DNA of 64,000 bases from an uncultured Bifidobacterium sp. (GTDB taxonomy: Bacteria > Actinomycetota > Actinomycetes > Nanopelagicales > Nanopelagicaceae), in contig CAZLOJ010000001.1 in the NCBI GenBank assembly GCA_964561165.1, forward strand, positions 7,269-71,268, read 5' to 3'. The position numbers were made by a program, and so were the translations under genes. Positions 39,860 through 47,977 of the stretch are shown here, in pieces (position 1 is the stretch's first letter; each line of letters begins with the position of its first letter). The notes beneath the pieces were generated by a model that saw only the letters and a program-made list of their open reading frames with translations, made no database searches and was not told where the DNA came from.

Positions 39860-41302
39860 TTGCTACTCATGAGTGCAATTTCGCCAGATCAGGCAAAAGC
39901 GGCCGCGAACCTCATCACACTCCCCAAGGCCGCTGCTGAATTGGCGCGCGCATTCCGCCTTGCGGGCTTTCGGTTAGCTCTAGTGGGTGGCCCGGTTCGC
40001 GATGCCCTTTTAGGGCGCAGCGGAAATGATCTTGATTTCACCACTGATGCTCGACCTGAAGAATCAATGAAGATTCTCAAAGGGTGGACTGATGCGACCT
40101 GGGATACCGGTATTGCGTATGGAACAGTTGCTGGCAAGAAAGGTGATGTGACTGCCGAGATCACCACTTTTAGAAAAGATTCGTATTCAGAGAAAAGTAG
40201 AAAACCCGAAGTTGAATATGGCGATAGCCTCGAGGGAGATCTGCGACGACGTGATTTCACCGTTAATGCCATGGCACTTGAAATTTGTGATTCGGAGAAT
40301 ATCTTTGTCGATCCCTTTGGTGGATTACAGGATCTTGTTGCTAAGCAGATACGAACACCAATCTCTGCTGAAGAATTATTCTCTGAAGATCCATTACGAA
40401 TGATGCGCGCCGCGCGCTTCGCAGCGCAACTAGGCTTCAACGTCGATAGTGAAGTTATCAGAGCAATAACAGTGATGAAAGAACGCTTGACGATTGTCTC
40501 CGCTGAACGGATTCGGGAAGAGTTCGTGAAAACTTTGATGTCAGCAGATCCACGTCGCGGATTGATTTTGTTGGTGGAAACTGGGCTCTGTGAGTATTTC
40601 TTACCAGAGCTACCAATGCTTCGCCTTGAGATTGATGAACATCACCGCCATAAAGATGTTTATGAGCATTCCTTGATTGTCTTGGAACAGGCAATTGAGA
40701 TGGAAACACGTCTTGGTGGGCCAAACCTGACAATCCGTCTTGCAGCGCTATTGCACGACATCGGTAAGCCTAAAACTCGAGCACTTATCGAAGGCGGCGG
40801 CGTTTCTTTTCATCACCATGAGGTAGTCGGTTCGAAAATGACAAAGAAGCGGTTAAAAGAGCTGCGCTTTGATCGCGAAACTATCGATGATGTATCGACT
40901 TTAGTAGCGCTCCACCTTCGTTTTCATGGGTATGGCAGCGGAGAATGGACCGATAGCGCGGTCCGCAGATATGTTCGAGATGCGGGAGATTTACTGCTCC
41001 ATTTGCATGTTTTGACGAGGGCAGACTGTACGACTCGTAATGTTCGCAAAGCGCAGGCGCTCGCCGCTACCTATGACCAACTAGAAGCGCGCATTGATCA
41101 ACTTGCTCAAGAAGAGGAGTTGGCAGCGATACGACCTGATCTCAATGGTAACGAAATCATTGAGATTCTTGGAATTACACCCGGCCCACTGGTGGGGAAG
41201 GCGTATGACTATCTTCTTGAGCTACGCATGGATCATGGTCCGTTAGGTCGAGAGCGTGCCATCGAAGAGTTACATAAATGGAGTAAGCAGCAGGGTGGGT
41301 AG
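39860..41302 (+). CDS. cca: CCA-adding enzyme / poly(A) polymerase family with HD domain
   Basis: Motif GGPVRDALLGR...DLDF and HD motif LLHDIGKP. TTG 39860 or ATG 39869. Confidence 0.88.
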   Translation: MLLMSAISPDQAKAAANLITLPKAAAELARAFRLAGFRLALVGGPVRDALLGRSGNDLDFTTDARPEESMKILKGWTDATWDTGIAYGTVAGKKGDVTAEITTFRKDSYSEKSRKPEVEYGDSLEGDLRRRDFTVNAMALEICDSENIFVDPFGGLQDLVAKQIRTPISAEELFSEDPLRMMRAARFAAQLGFNVDSEVIRAITVMKERLTIVSAERIREEFVKTLMSADPRRGLILLVETGLCEYFLPELPMLRLEIDEHHRHKDVYEHSLIVLEQAIEMETRLGGPNLTIRLAALLHDIGKPKTRALIEGGGVSFHHHEVVGSKMTKKRLKELRFDRETIDDVSTLVALHLRFHGYGSGEWTDSAVRRYVRDAGDLLLHLHVLTRADCTTRNVRKAQALAATYDQLEARIDQLAQEEELAAIRPDLNGNEIIEILGITPGPLVGKAYDYLLELRMDHGPLGRERAIEELHKWSKQQGG

Positions 41303-42781
41303 ATGAACCACACTCGCACCTTATATATACCCTTCGATCACCTACATCGCGATTACGGAATCTTGCGAGGAGCTGATCAAGCCACCGATCGGATTCTCTT
41401 TGTTGAAAGCGAACGGATGCGTACTGGGAGAAATTGGCATCCAGAACGCCTCTTCTTTCTGATTTCGAGCGCGCGCCATTTTGTGAAGGTTCTACAAGAT
41501 GAAGGTTTCACCGTCGAGTATCTAAAAGCACCAACCACAAAGGCTGGAATTCTCGAGATGCAAAAGCGTCATCCACAGAGTGCTCTCCATGCCACAAGGC
41601 AATCCTCGTTCCGATTGCAAGCAACTCTTGAAGAGTTAGGTGCGCAATTTGTCGAAAACGATTTCTTCCTTACGCCGCGCGCGCTCTTTGAAGAATGGGC
41701 GTCGCGGCAAAAGAATTACTTGATGGAGAATTTCTATCGCGAACAACGCAAACGTCTTGATGTGTTGATGGAAAATGGAAAGCCAGTTGGTGGTGCTTGG
41801 AATTTCGACAAAGAGAATCGATTGCCACCGCCCAAGGAGTACAGGTGGCCGGAATACAAGGGATTTGATCGAGATGCGATTGATGAGAGTGTGGCAAAGG
41901 AGCTGGGCATTACCGCCACCCACACCTGGGCAACGACGCGCGCGGGCGCTCTCCAACAGCTGAAAACCTTCATCACCAAACACTTTGCCACTTTTGGCCC
42001 TTATGAAGATGCGATGGCCCTAGATAGTTGGTCGCTGCATCACTCAGTCATTAGTCCTTATATAAATAATGGCTTGTTACATCCAAGCGAGGTCTTGGAT
42101 GCTGCCGTTAAAGCATTTGCTTCGGGAAAGATTCCCATCGAATCAGCCGAAGGATTTGTCAGACAAGTAATTGGTTGGCGCGAATACATCAATGGCATGT
42201 ACTGGCATTTGGGCCCTGATTACCGAGAAAAGAATGGCTTACACGCGAAGCGCGCATTGTTGCCACTTTTTACCTCGAGTGAAAAAACTGAGATGAATTG
42301 CGTTCGATCCATCGTTCACGACATCGAAGAACGTGCGTGGGTACACCACATTCCCCGTCTGATGGTCCTTAGCAATTTGGCGCTAATAACGGGAACGAAT
42401 CCGCAAGAGTTCCTTGATTGGATGCGGGAGCGATTTATCGATGCCGCGGATTGGGTGATGGTTCCAAATGTTATTGGCATGGGTGTGCATGCTGATGGTG
42501 GCCAGATGATGACAAAACCGTATGCAGCAGGTGGCGCATACATCTCACGGATGTCGCAGTATTGTAAGAGCTGTATCTACGACCCGAAACTTCGTGTCGG
42601 TAAGAATGCATGTCCATTCACAACGCTCTATTGGGATTTTCTCGATCGCAACAGAGAGATATTTACCAAGAACCATCGAATGTTCCAACAGATTAATGGC
42701 TTAAAGCGATTGAGCGATCTGCCAGAGTTACGTGAGCGCGCAAAAGAAGTTCTAACTGGATTGGACAATGGAGAGATTTAA
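41303..42781 (+). CDS. Cryptochrome/photolyase-family protein of the Fe-S (FeS-BCP / CryPro, PhrB-like) type
   Basis: 492 aa. Four Cys are spaced C-x87-C-x2-C-x12-C (MNC...YCKSC...NAC), matching the 4Fe-4S ligand spacing I recall for PhrB. The ATG abuts the cca TAG. Confidence 0.75.
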   Translation: MNHTRTLYIPFDHLHRDYGILRGADQATDRILFVESERMRTGRNWHPERLFFLISSARHFVKVLQDEGFTVEYLKAPTTKAGILEMQKRHPQSALHATRQSSFRLQATLEELGAQFVENDFFLTPRALFEEWASRQKNYLMENFYREQRKRLDVLMENGKPVGGAWNFDKENRLPPPKEYRWPEYKGFDRDAIDESVAKELGITATHTWATTRAGALQQLKTFITKHFATFGPYEDAMALDSWSLHHSVISPYINNGLLHPSEVLDAAVKAFASGKIPIESAEGFVRQVIGWREYINGMYWHLGPDYREKNGLHAKRALLPLFTSSEKTEMNCVRSIVHDIEERAWVHHIPRLMVLSNLALITGTNPQEFLDWMRERFIDAADWVMVPNVIGMGVHADGGQMMTKPYAAGGAYISRMSQYCKSCIYDPKLRVGKNACPFTTLYWDFLDRNREIFTKNHRMFQQINGLKRLSDLPELRERAKEVLTGLDNGEI

Positions 42782-43284
42782 TCTCGAGTTACCTCACCAG
42801 GCACTTCACGCTCACCAACGCCAACGATGAAGCGCCCCGGTGCGCGCGAGGTGATCTCAAATGAGTAGATACCAGCTTCAGCTGATTGATTGGTACGTCC
42901 TAAGTAGAGGTAATTTCGTTTGCCCCATGGTTCATAAAAGGAAGTGCGCTCTGTAATCGGCAGGGTAAAGCTTGCTCCGGAGGGGCTAGTCACTTTCAGG
43001 AGTGGGAGTTGCTTCTTCGAGAGGTTTTTCTCTGGCTTCTCATCATAAATGAGTAACTGCACCGCAAGCGAATCACCTTCAGCAAAGCCAGCACGAAAAG
43101 CTCGAACTTGTTTCGATTTTGAAAAACTCATAGTGATTGCAAAAGAGACCGTCCCGTCGACGAGCAGTGGTCCAGCAGCTGGTGTTTTATCCGATGCTTT
43201 AAGAGCAACAGGTTGATGCGCACTTGCCGACTGCGCGGCAAAGCCCAGTAACGCGAGGGAGAGGAGAACGGCTATTTTCTGCAC
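42778..43284 (-). CDS. Exported 168-aa protein of unknown function (predicted mature N-terminus His)
   Basis: Signal peptide MQKIAVLLSLALLGFAAQSASA followed by HQPV. Beta-rich sequence with FYEPWG and GVGEREVPGE motifs. No family recognised with confidence. Confidence 0.6.
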   Translation of the reverse strand: MQKIAVLLSLALLGFAAQSASAHQPVALKASDKTPAAGPLLVDGTVSFAITMSFSKSKQVRAFRAGFAEGDSLAVQLLIYDEKPEKNLSKKQLPLLKVTSPSGASFTLPITERTSFYEPWGKRNYLYLGRTNQSAEAGIYSFEITSRAPGRFIVGVGEREVPGEVTRD

Positions 43285-43327
43285 GCATGAAGGGTAAGGC
43301 GTCTGCGCAGCAAGCGCGCGCTGAAGG

Positions 43328-45064
43328 CTATCTCTTCTTAAATCCAGACGGACATTTCGGATTTACTCCAGAAACCTTTTTGATGCTCTTGCCTTTAATA
43401 CAAGTAATGGTGATTCTCGCTGCTGCTGGCTTAGCCGCGGCGTTAGGTGTCGAAGAAGAGTTGTTGGTCGCGGTAACTGGAGCTTGCTCCTGGGTGAGTT
43501 TGATGCGGATAGTCGGCGAGGAGAAGGTGAAATTCTTTGCGCTGAGATTCATCCAGCCATCTTTTATCGAGAGCGTCTCCGTTGAAATCTCCTGTTCACC
43601 GCCACCAGAACTTAAAACTGATACTGACGCTTTGATTGGTGCGTTGGAAAAGCCATAAATGCAACGTGCCGAATCAGCATTCATCGCCAGATCGTATGTT
43701 CCTTTATAAACCGACCCATCGGCATCAAGGTGTGCTCCAGCAACTTTGTAACTCATGATGCCCTCTTTAAACGCCGGCGGGCTCCAGCTATATGCCATCG
43801 CATTTGTCGTCATCATGCCGTGTAACTTTGTTTGATCCTTAACGGTGCACTCCCACACTCGATTACCAACGCTCTGGTCCATTCCCCAAAATGATGATGG
43901 ATCCATTCCTTGGAATCGCCACGTCGGTAAAACGCTGGCGGTTTGTAGCCATTTCTCACTGGCTTGGAAATACCCAGTTCCCTTAAGTGCGGGATTTGGG
44001 GTATGAATTCCACCGCCGGCTATACCAAAACGTGGGAACTCGAAGAGATCAGGATGGTTAGAGAACTTTCCCCACATGATGCCTGGTCCATAGACATCAT
44101 TTTCTACACGACCGTCGTAATTCATCTCTTGTAGCGCCGGTGATGTTGCGAATTCACTTTTAGGAATCCACGAAATTCCACTGGGGACATTAATTGACGT
44201 ACCACTTACAACAAGAGTACTGGTTGTAGAAGAGAGCCGCGTGACTGATGCACGGGTATCTTTCATTCTGCCAAATAACCAACCAGTTAATTTATTATCC
44301 ATCTGCATCGTTAATTCAATTGGTTGATCGGCAAAGAATGGTGCAGCCATTCCGCAACGACCAAGATCAGTCCAGATACAGCTTCGATAGCTCTGGTCAA
44401 CCTCGCCATTCTTTGGATTATCTATTGATTCGTATCCATCTCGCCAGATTATTGGATAGAAGTTTCCATTTTTTGTCGTGGTAGGTAGTACTTGTGCGCT
44501 AAATCCGACAACAGATACCGAGGGAGTGGGTGAAGATGGTGAAGTTTGGTAGTAATTGATTTGGATATCAACTGCAACGGAATACTCCAAGGTGCCGCCT
44601 TTAATCGAGCTTCCTTGCCAGACGCTAATGCCACCACCAGCTGGAATTCTGCTGGCGGTATCTCTTGGAAATTTAAAGGTGTCTATCTCATAGAGTAATT
44701 GCGCATCCTTGAGGGCTCCGGTTGAGTCCGCTGTCCGCAGCGATTTGATACATACATCTTGTGCATCAGATTTAGCGGTACAGGGTGGGATTACGGCGGA
44801 GACCCGAAGATTGTCAGCGCCAGAACAGCGCGGATCTGTAACGGAGTTGCAGGCGAGATTTGTGACGAAGGTACCTCGAGTAGCGCCAGTAATTGCCGAA
44901 ACTTGGGTAAGAACCCGATCATCGGTAATGCTCAAACCAACTGCTGGATAATTTGGCTTTAGTTTTATCGCATCATCTTGATCATTGAAGAAAACTATCG
45001 CGTTGCTGCTTTGCGGAATCAGAATTGTCAGTAGTAAGCCAAGAATCACTAAATTCTTTTTCAT
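43328..45064 (-). CDS. Exported 578-aa protein of unknown function with a Cys-bracketed Lys-rich C-terminal tail
   Basis: Signal peptide MKKNLVILGLLLTILIPQSSNA, paired Cys throughout, and tail ITITCIKGKSIKKVSGVNPKCPSGFKKR. No catalytic motif recognised. 4-nt overlap with the upstream CE4 gene. Confidence 0.7.
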   Translation of the reverse strand: MKKNLVILGLLLTILIPQSSNAIVFFNDQDDAIKLKPNYPAVGLSITDDRVLTQVSAITGATRGTFVTNLACNSVTDPRCSGADNLRVSAVIPPCTAKSDAQDVCIKSLRTADSTGALKDAQLLYEIDTFKFPRDTASRIPAGGGISVWQGSSIKGGTLEYSVAVDIQINYYQTSPSSPTPSVSVVGFSAQVLPTTTKNGNFYPIIWRDGYESIDNPKNGEVDQSYRSCIWTDLGRCGMAAPFFADQPIELTMQMDNKLTGWLFGRMKDTRASVTRLSSTTSTLVVSGTSINVPSGISWIPKSEFATSPALQEMNYDGRVENDVYGPGIMWGKFSNHPDLFEFPRFGIAGGGIHTPNPALKGTGYFQASEKWLQTASVLPTWRFQGMDPSSFWGMDQSVGNRVWECTVKDQTKLHGMMTTNAMAYSWSPPAFKEGIMSYKVAGAHLDADGSVYKGTYDLAMNADSARCIYGFSNAPIKASVSVLSSGGGEQEISTETLSIKDGWMNLSAKNFTFSSPTIRIKLTQEQAPVTATNNSSSTPNAAAKPAAARITITCIKGKSIKKVSGVNPKCPSGFKKR

Positions 45065-45786
45065 CGGCCGTCCGCAACGCCATCACTTTCATACACATCG
45101 TTAAGCGTGACGAGGTTCAACTCCCTATCGGAGATTAACTTCAACATTGGCTTGAACACTCTTGTGGACGTCAGATTATTCGCATGGGCAAGGACAATTG
45201 ATCTATCGTAAAAGCTATTTCTAGCATGGAAGAGAATGCGAGAAGCGCTGATGTTACTGGCATCTACCAATGAACCAGACCAGAGCATCGGCTTGGTGTA
45301 CCCGATATCTGCCGCTGCATTCACAACTCTTGCGTTAATACTTCCATAGGGTGGTCGGTAATACGGCCGCATATCTACGCCAAAATTTCGTTCAATGAAG
45401 TTGTGCGCACCCATTAATTCTTTTTGGATCTGTCTAGTGCCAAGACCAGCGAGCGCGGGATGGTGTGCGGTGTGATTGGCTAATTGAATCTGACCGCTAT
45501 TCACCAGAGGTTGTAACTCTTTTCTATTTGCAATCCATGATCCCATCGCGGAATAAACAAAGAAAGTTAGACGAAGATCATTGTCAGCAACCAACCTGAT
45601 ATAGCGCTTTACAGCCTCAATACTCGTGCCGTCATCAACTGTCCATGCAACGCGTTTCACATCAGATTTCGGAAGCTCACGAATTATTCGCACGCTACTT
45701 CCATGTGCGCTCAGCGGAGTCAGATGTGAAATAGTGGCGCCAAGCGTGCCGCTCCCAAGTAGCGCAAGAAATGAGCGGCGATCCAT
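45061..45786 (-). CDS. Polysaccharide deacetylase (NodB/CE4 domain), Tat-type signal
   Basis: Motifs TVDDG, HTAHH, RPPYG and LAHAN. Twin-arginine N-terminus MDRRSFLALLG (start ATG 45786; track start 45831). Confidence 0.85.
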   Translation of the reverse strand: MDRRSFLALLGSGTLGATISHLTPLSAHGSSVRIIRELPKSDVKRVAWTVDDGTSIEAVKRYIRLVADNDLRLTFFVYSAMGSWIANRKELQPLVNSGQIQLANHTAHHPALAGLGTRQIQKELMGAHNFIERNFGVDMRPYYRPPYGSINARVVNAAADIGYTKPMLWSGSLVDASNISASRILFHARNSFYDRSIVLAHANNLTSTRVFKPMLKLISDRELNLVTLNDVYESDGVADGR

Positions 45787-45889
45787 ATTTCTCCTTATGT
45801 AGGGTCTTAAACCTAGTGGAGAGCCATACACTTTATATGTGAGGGTTAGGACGCTACATGGAACAAGGCGGAAACCTCATTGGCGCATA

Positions 45890-47128
45890 ATGCGCTTTTT
45901 GGGACCAGGGTTGATAACTGGGGCCGCGGATGATGATCCTTCGGGTATCGCCACCTATTCCCAAGCGGGAGCGGCATATGGTTTTGGCCAACTGTGGACC
46001 ATCATTATGTGTTTGCCGTTGATGATTGCGGTGCAGGAGGCGTGCGCGCGGATCGGATCTGCGACCTCTCAAGGTTTAGTGAAAGTTACCTCACGGGTGT
46101 ATTCGAAGCGGGTGCTCTTCTTCGTAGTCGCGCTTGTGGTTATTGCAAACGTCATCAATATCGGGGCAGATTTCGCAGCCGTAGGAGCGGCAATCAATCT
46201 TCTTATTCCACTTCCGATCTGGCTTCTCTCAACGTTGTTCATGCTCATTGTGCTTGGCCTTGAGATCTTTATCGGATATCACACCTATGCAAAATTTCTG
46301 AAAATACTCTCGTTGTCATTGATTTCCTACGTCGCTGTTGCCTTAATTGTGACGAACAATTGGATAGAAGTATTTAAGTCAACATTCATCCCACAGTTGG
46401 AATGGAGTTCAGCTTACTGGTATGTGATTGTGGCTGTATTGGGTACCACTATTAGCCCGTACATGTTTTTCTGGCAAACAGCCGAAGAAGTGGAAGAAAC
46501 TCATTATGCACAAGAACACAATCGCGCTCAACGAAGTATCAAAGAAATCAGACAAGACACCAGCATCGGAATGAGCATCTCGCAAATTGGCAGTTGGTTC
46601 ATGATCATCACCGCTGCAGTGGTTTTACATGAAAATGGTGTAGTCAACATCGGAACTGCAGCTGACGCCGCAAAAGCTCTTGAGCCTTTAGTGGAAGGAT
46701 TCCCGCACGCAGGGACTATCGCGAAATTCCTCTTCGCTATTGGCATTATTGGCATGGGGTTACTTGGTATCCCGGTTCTTGCTGGCTCTGTCGCATATGC
46801 AGTCAGTGATGCGTTTAATTGGCGTGAAGGTTTGAATTACAAATTAAAAGAAGCTAAACAATTTTATGGTGTGATAATTTTTTCAACGGTAGCGGGATGG
46901 GTAATAACTCTCGTAGGGATTGATCCGATTAAATCACTTGTTTTTGCCGCTGTAATTAACGGATTAGTCGCAGTTCCACTCATTTTTCTTATTGCCAGAA
47001 TCTCTCGCAATAAAGAGGTCATGGGGGAACTTACGGGCAAAGGTCTCTCGCGCACGATGTTAAATATTGCTTTTATGGTGATGTTGCTCTGCGCATTGAT
47101 GCTGATAGGCACCACTATTTTCTCCTAA
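45890..47128 (+). CDS. NRAMP-superfamily transporter, non-canonical metal-site motifs
   Basis: About 11 TM segments. The TM1 motif is DDDPSG (canonical DPGN). The TM6-equivalent is TTISPYMFFWQ (canonical A-x-x-MPH). The probable start is ATG 45890 (MRFLGPGLITGAADDDPSG). Confidence 0.8.
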   Translation: MRFLGPGLITGAADDDPSGIATYSQAGAAYGFGQLWTIIMCLPLMIAVQEACARIGSATSQGLVKVTSRVYSKRVLFFVVALVVIANVINIGADFAAVGAAINLLIPLPIWLLSTLFMLIVLGLEIFIGYHTYAKFLKILSLSLISYVAVALIVTNNWIEVFKSTFIPQLEWSSAYWYVIVAVLGTTISPYMFFWQTAEEVEETHYAQEHNRAQRSIKEIRQDTSIGMSISQIGSWFMIITAAVVLHENGVVNIGTAADAAKALEPLVEGFPHAGTIAKFLFAIGIIGMGLLGIPVLAGSVAYAVSDAFNWREGLNYKLKEAKQFYGVIIFSTVAGWVITLVGIDPIKSLVFAAVINGLVAVPLIFLIARISRNKEVMGELTGKGLSRTMLNIAFMVMLLCALMLIGTTIFS

Positions 47129-47149
47129 TGAATCCTATATGATTCGTAG

Positions 47150-47977
47150 GTGAATCTGAGGCGGAAGAGCAAGGTAGTGCCTACTTTGATGATTCTTCCG
47201 TATGTCGCTTTCATGCTCTTCTGCGGAATCGTACCAATTGTTTATGGCGTGCTTGAGGTGCGAAATCCTTCGTGGATTAACATGGATGGTGGGTATGAAA
47301 CGTTCCTTAAAATTCTTCAAGATTTTCGAGTTGGCCCTGCTTTAATCAACATTCTTTTCTTGCTAGCAATTTTTGTACCGCTCATGATAGTCACAGTTCT
47401 GGCAGTTTCACTCTTACTTGATTCTGTAGATTTCAAATATAACAATGCGATGCGATTACTTTTTCTTATCCCGGGGCTTATTCCAACTGCCGTTGCAGTT
47501 CTTTTCTGGTCCGCATTGGTTGGGTACGACGTGGTGTGGGATAAGTCAAACATTCGTTGGCTTATTGGCGTCATCTCTTTTTCAACGGGTATTGGCAGTT
47601 GGATTGTCATTCAATATGGCTCACTCCGCTCGATTTCTCATGAAGTGTTGGAGGCAGGGATTGTCGATGGATGTAACCGATTCCAATTAGCATGGCGTTT
47701 GAAGCTGCCGATGATCGGTAGGTACGTTGCTTACATGGTCATTCTAGTGATTGTAAGTACCCTCCAGATCTTCAACGAGCCCAATCTTTTAATGGATACC
47801 AATATGACAACTGATTGGTCACCTAGTCAGATTGCATTCGGCTACGCATTCAAAAATGCAGATTTCGCTGGAGGTGTTGCGTTGTCACTGATTATGTTGA
47901 TTCCAAATGTGATACTTGCATTGTTATTCGTATTCAACACCGATTTCATGAAAAAGAGTAAAAGCGCATGGAAGTAG
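47150..47977 (+). CDS. Carbohydrate-type ABC transporter permease (MalF-like), orphan
   Basis: 275 aa with EAA-loop region EAGIVDGCNRFQLAWRLKLP. Clear paralogue of 58069-58989. Confidence 0.85.
   Translation: MNLRRKSKVVPTLMILPYVAFMLFCGIVPIVYGVLEVRNPSWINMDGGYETFLKILQDFRVGPALINILFLLAIFVPLMIVTVLAVSLLLDSVDFKYNNAMRLLFLIPGLIPTAVAVLFWSALVGYDVVWDKSNIRWLIGVISFSTGIGSWIVIQYGSLRSISHEVLEAGIVDGCNRFQLAWRLKLPMIGRYVAYMVILVIVSTLQIFNEPNLLMDTNMTTDWSPSQIAFGYAFKNADFAGGVALSLIMLIPNVILALLFVFNTDFMKKSKSAWK

Noticed and set aside
38249-40440. Long antisense ORFs 38249-38779 (+), 39388-39939 (+) and 39889-40440 (-)
   Set aside because: Each lies opposite a motif-supported gene (DUF6049-like, NUDIX, cca). Their translations are low-complexity Ser/Arg/Pro-rich.
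43224-43658. 144-aa plus-strand ORF spanning the junction of the two secreted-protein genes
   Set aside because: It is antisense to both signal-peptide-bearing ORFs, it bridges their intergenic gap, and it has no RBS. It is most likely spurious.
45787-45889. Mn-sensing (yybP-ykoY) riboswitch upstream of the NRAMP-like gene
   Set aside because: The leader is about 100 nt and shared with a divergent promoter. I could not find the conserved paired GGGGAGUA-type cores.
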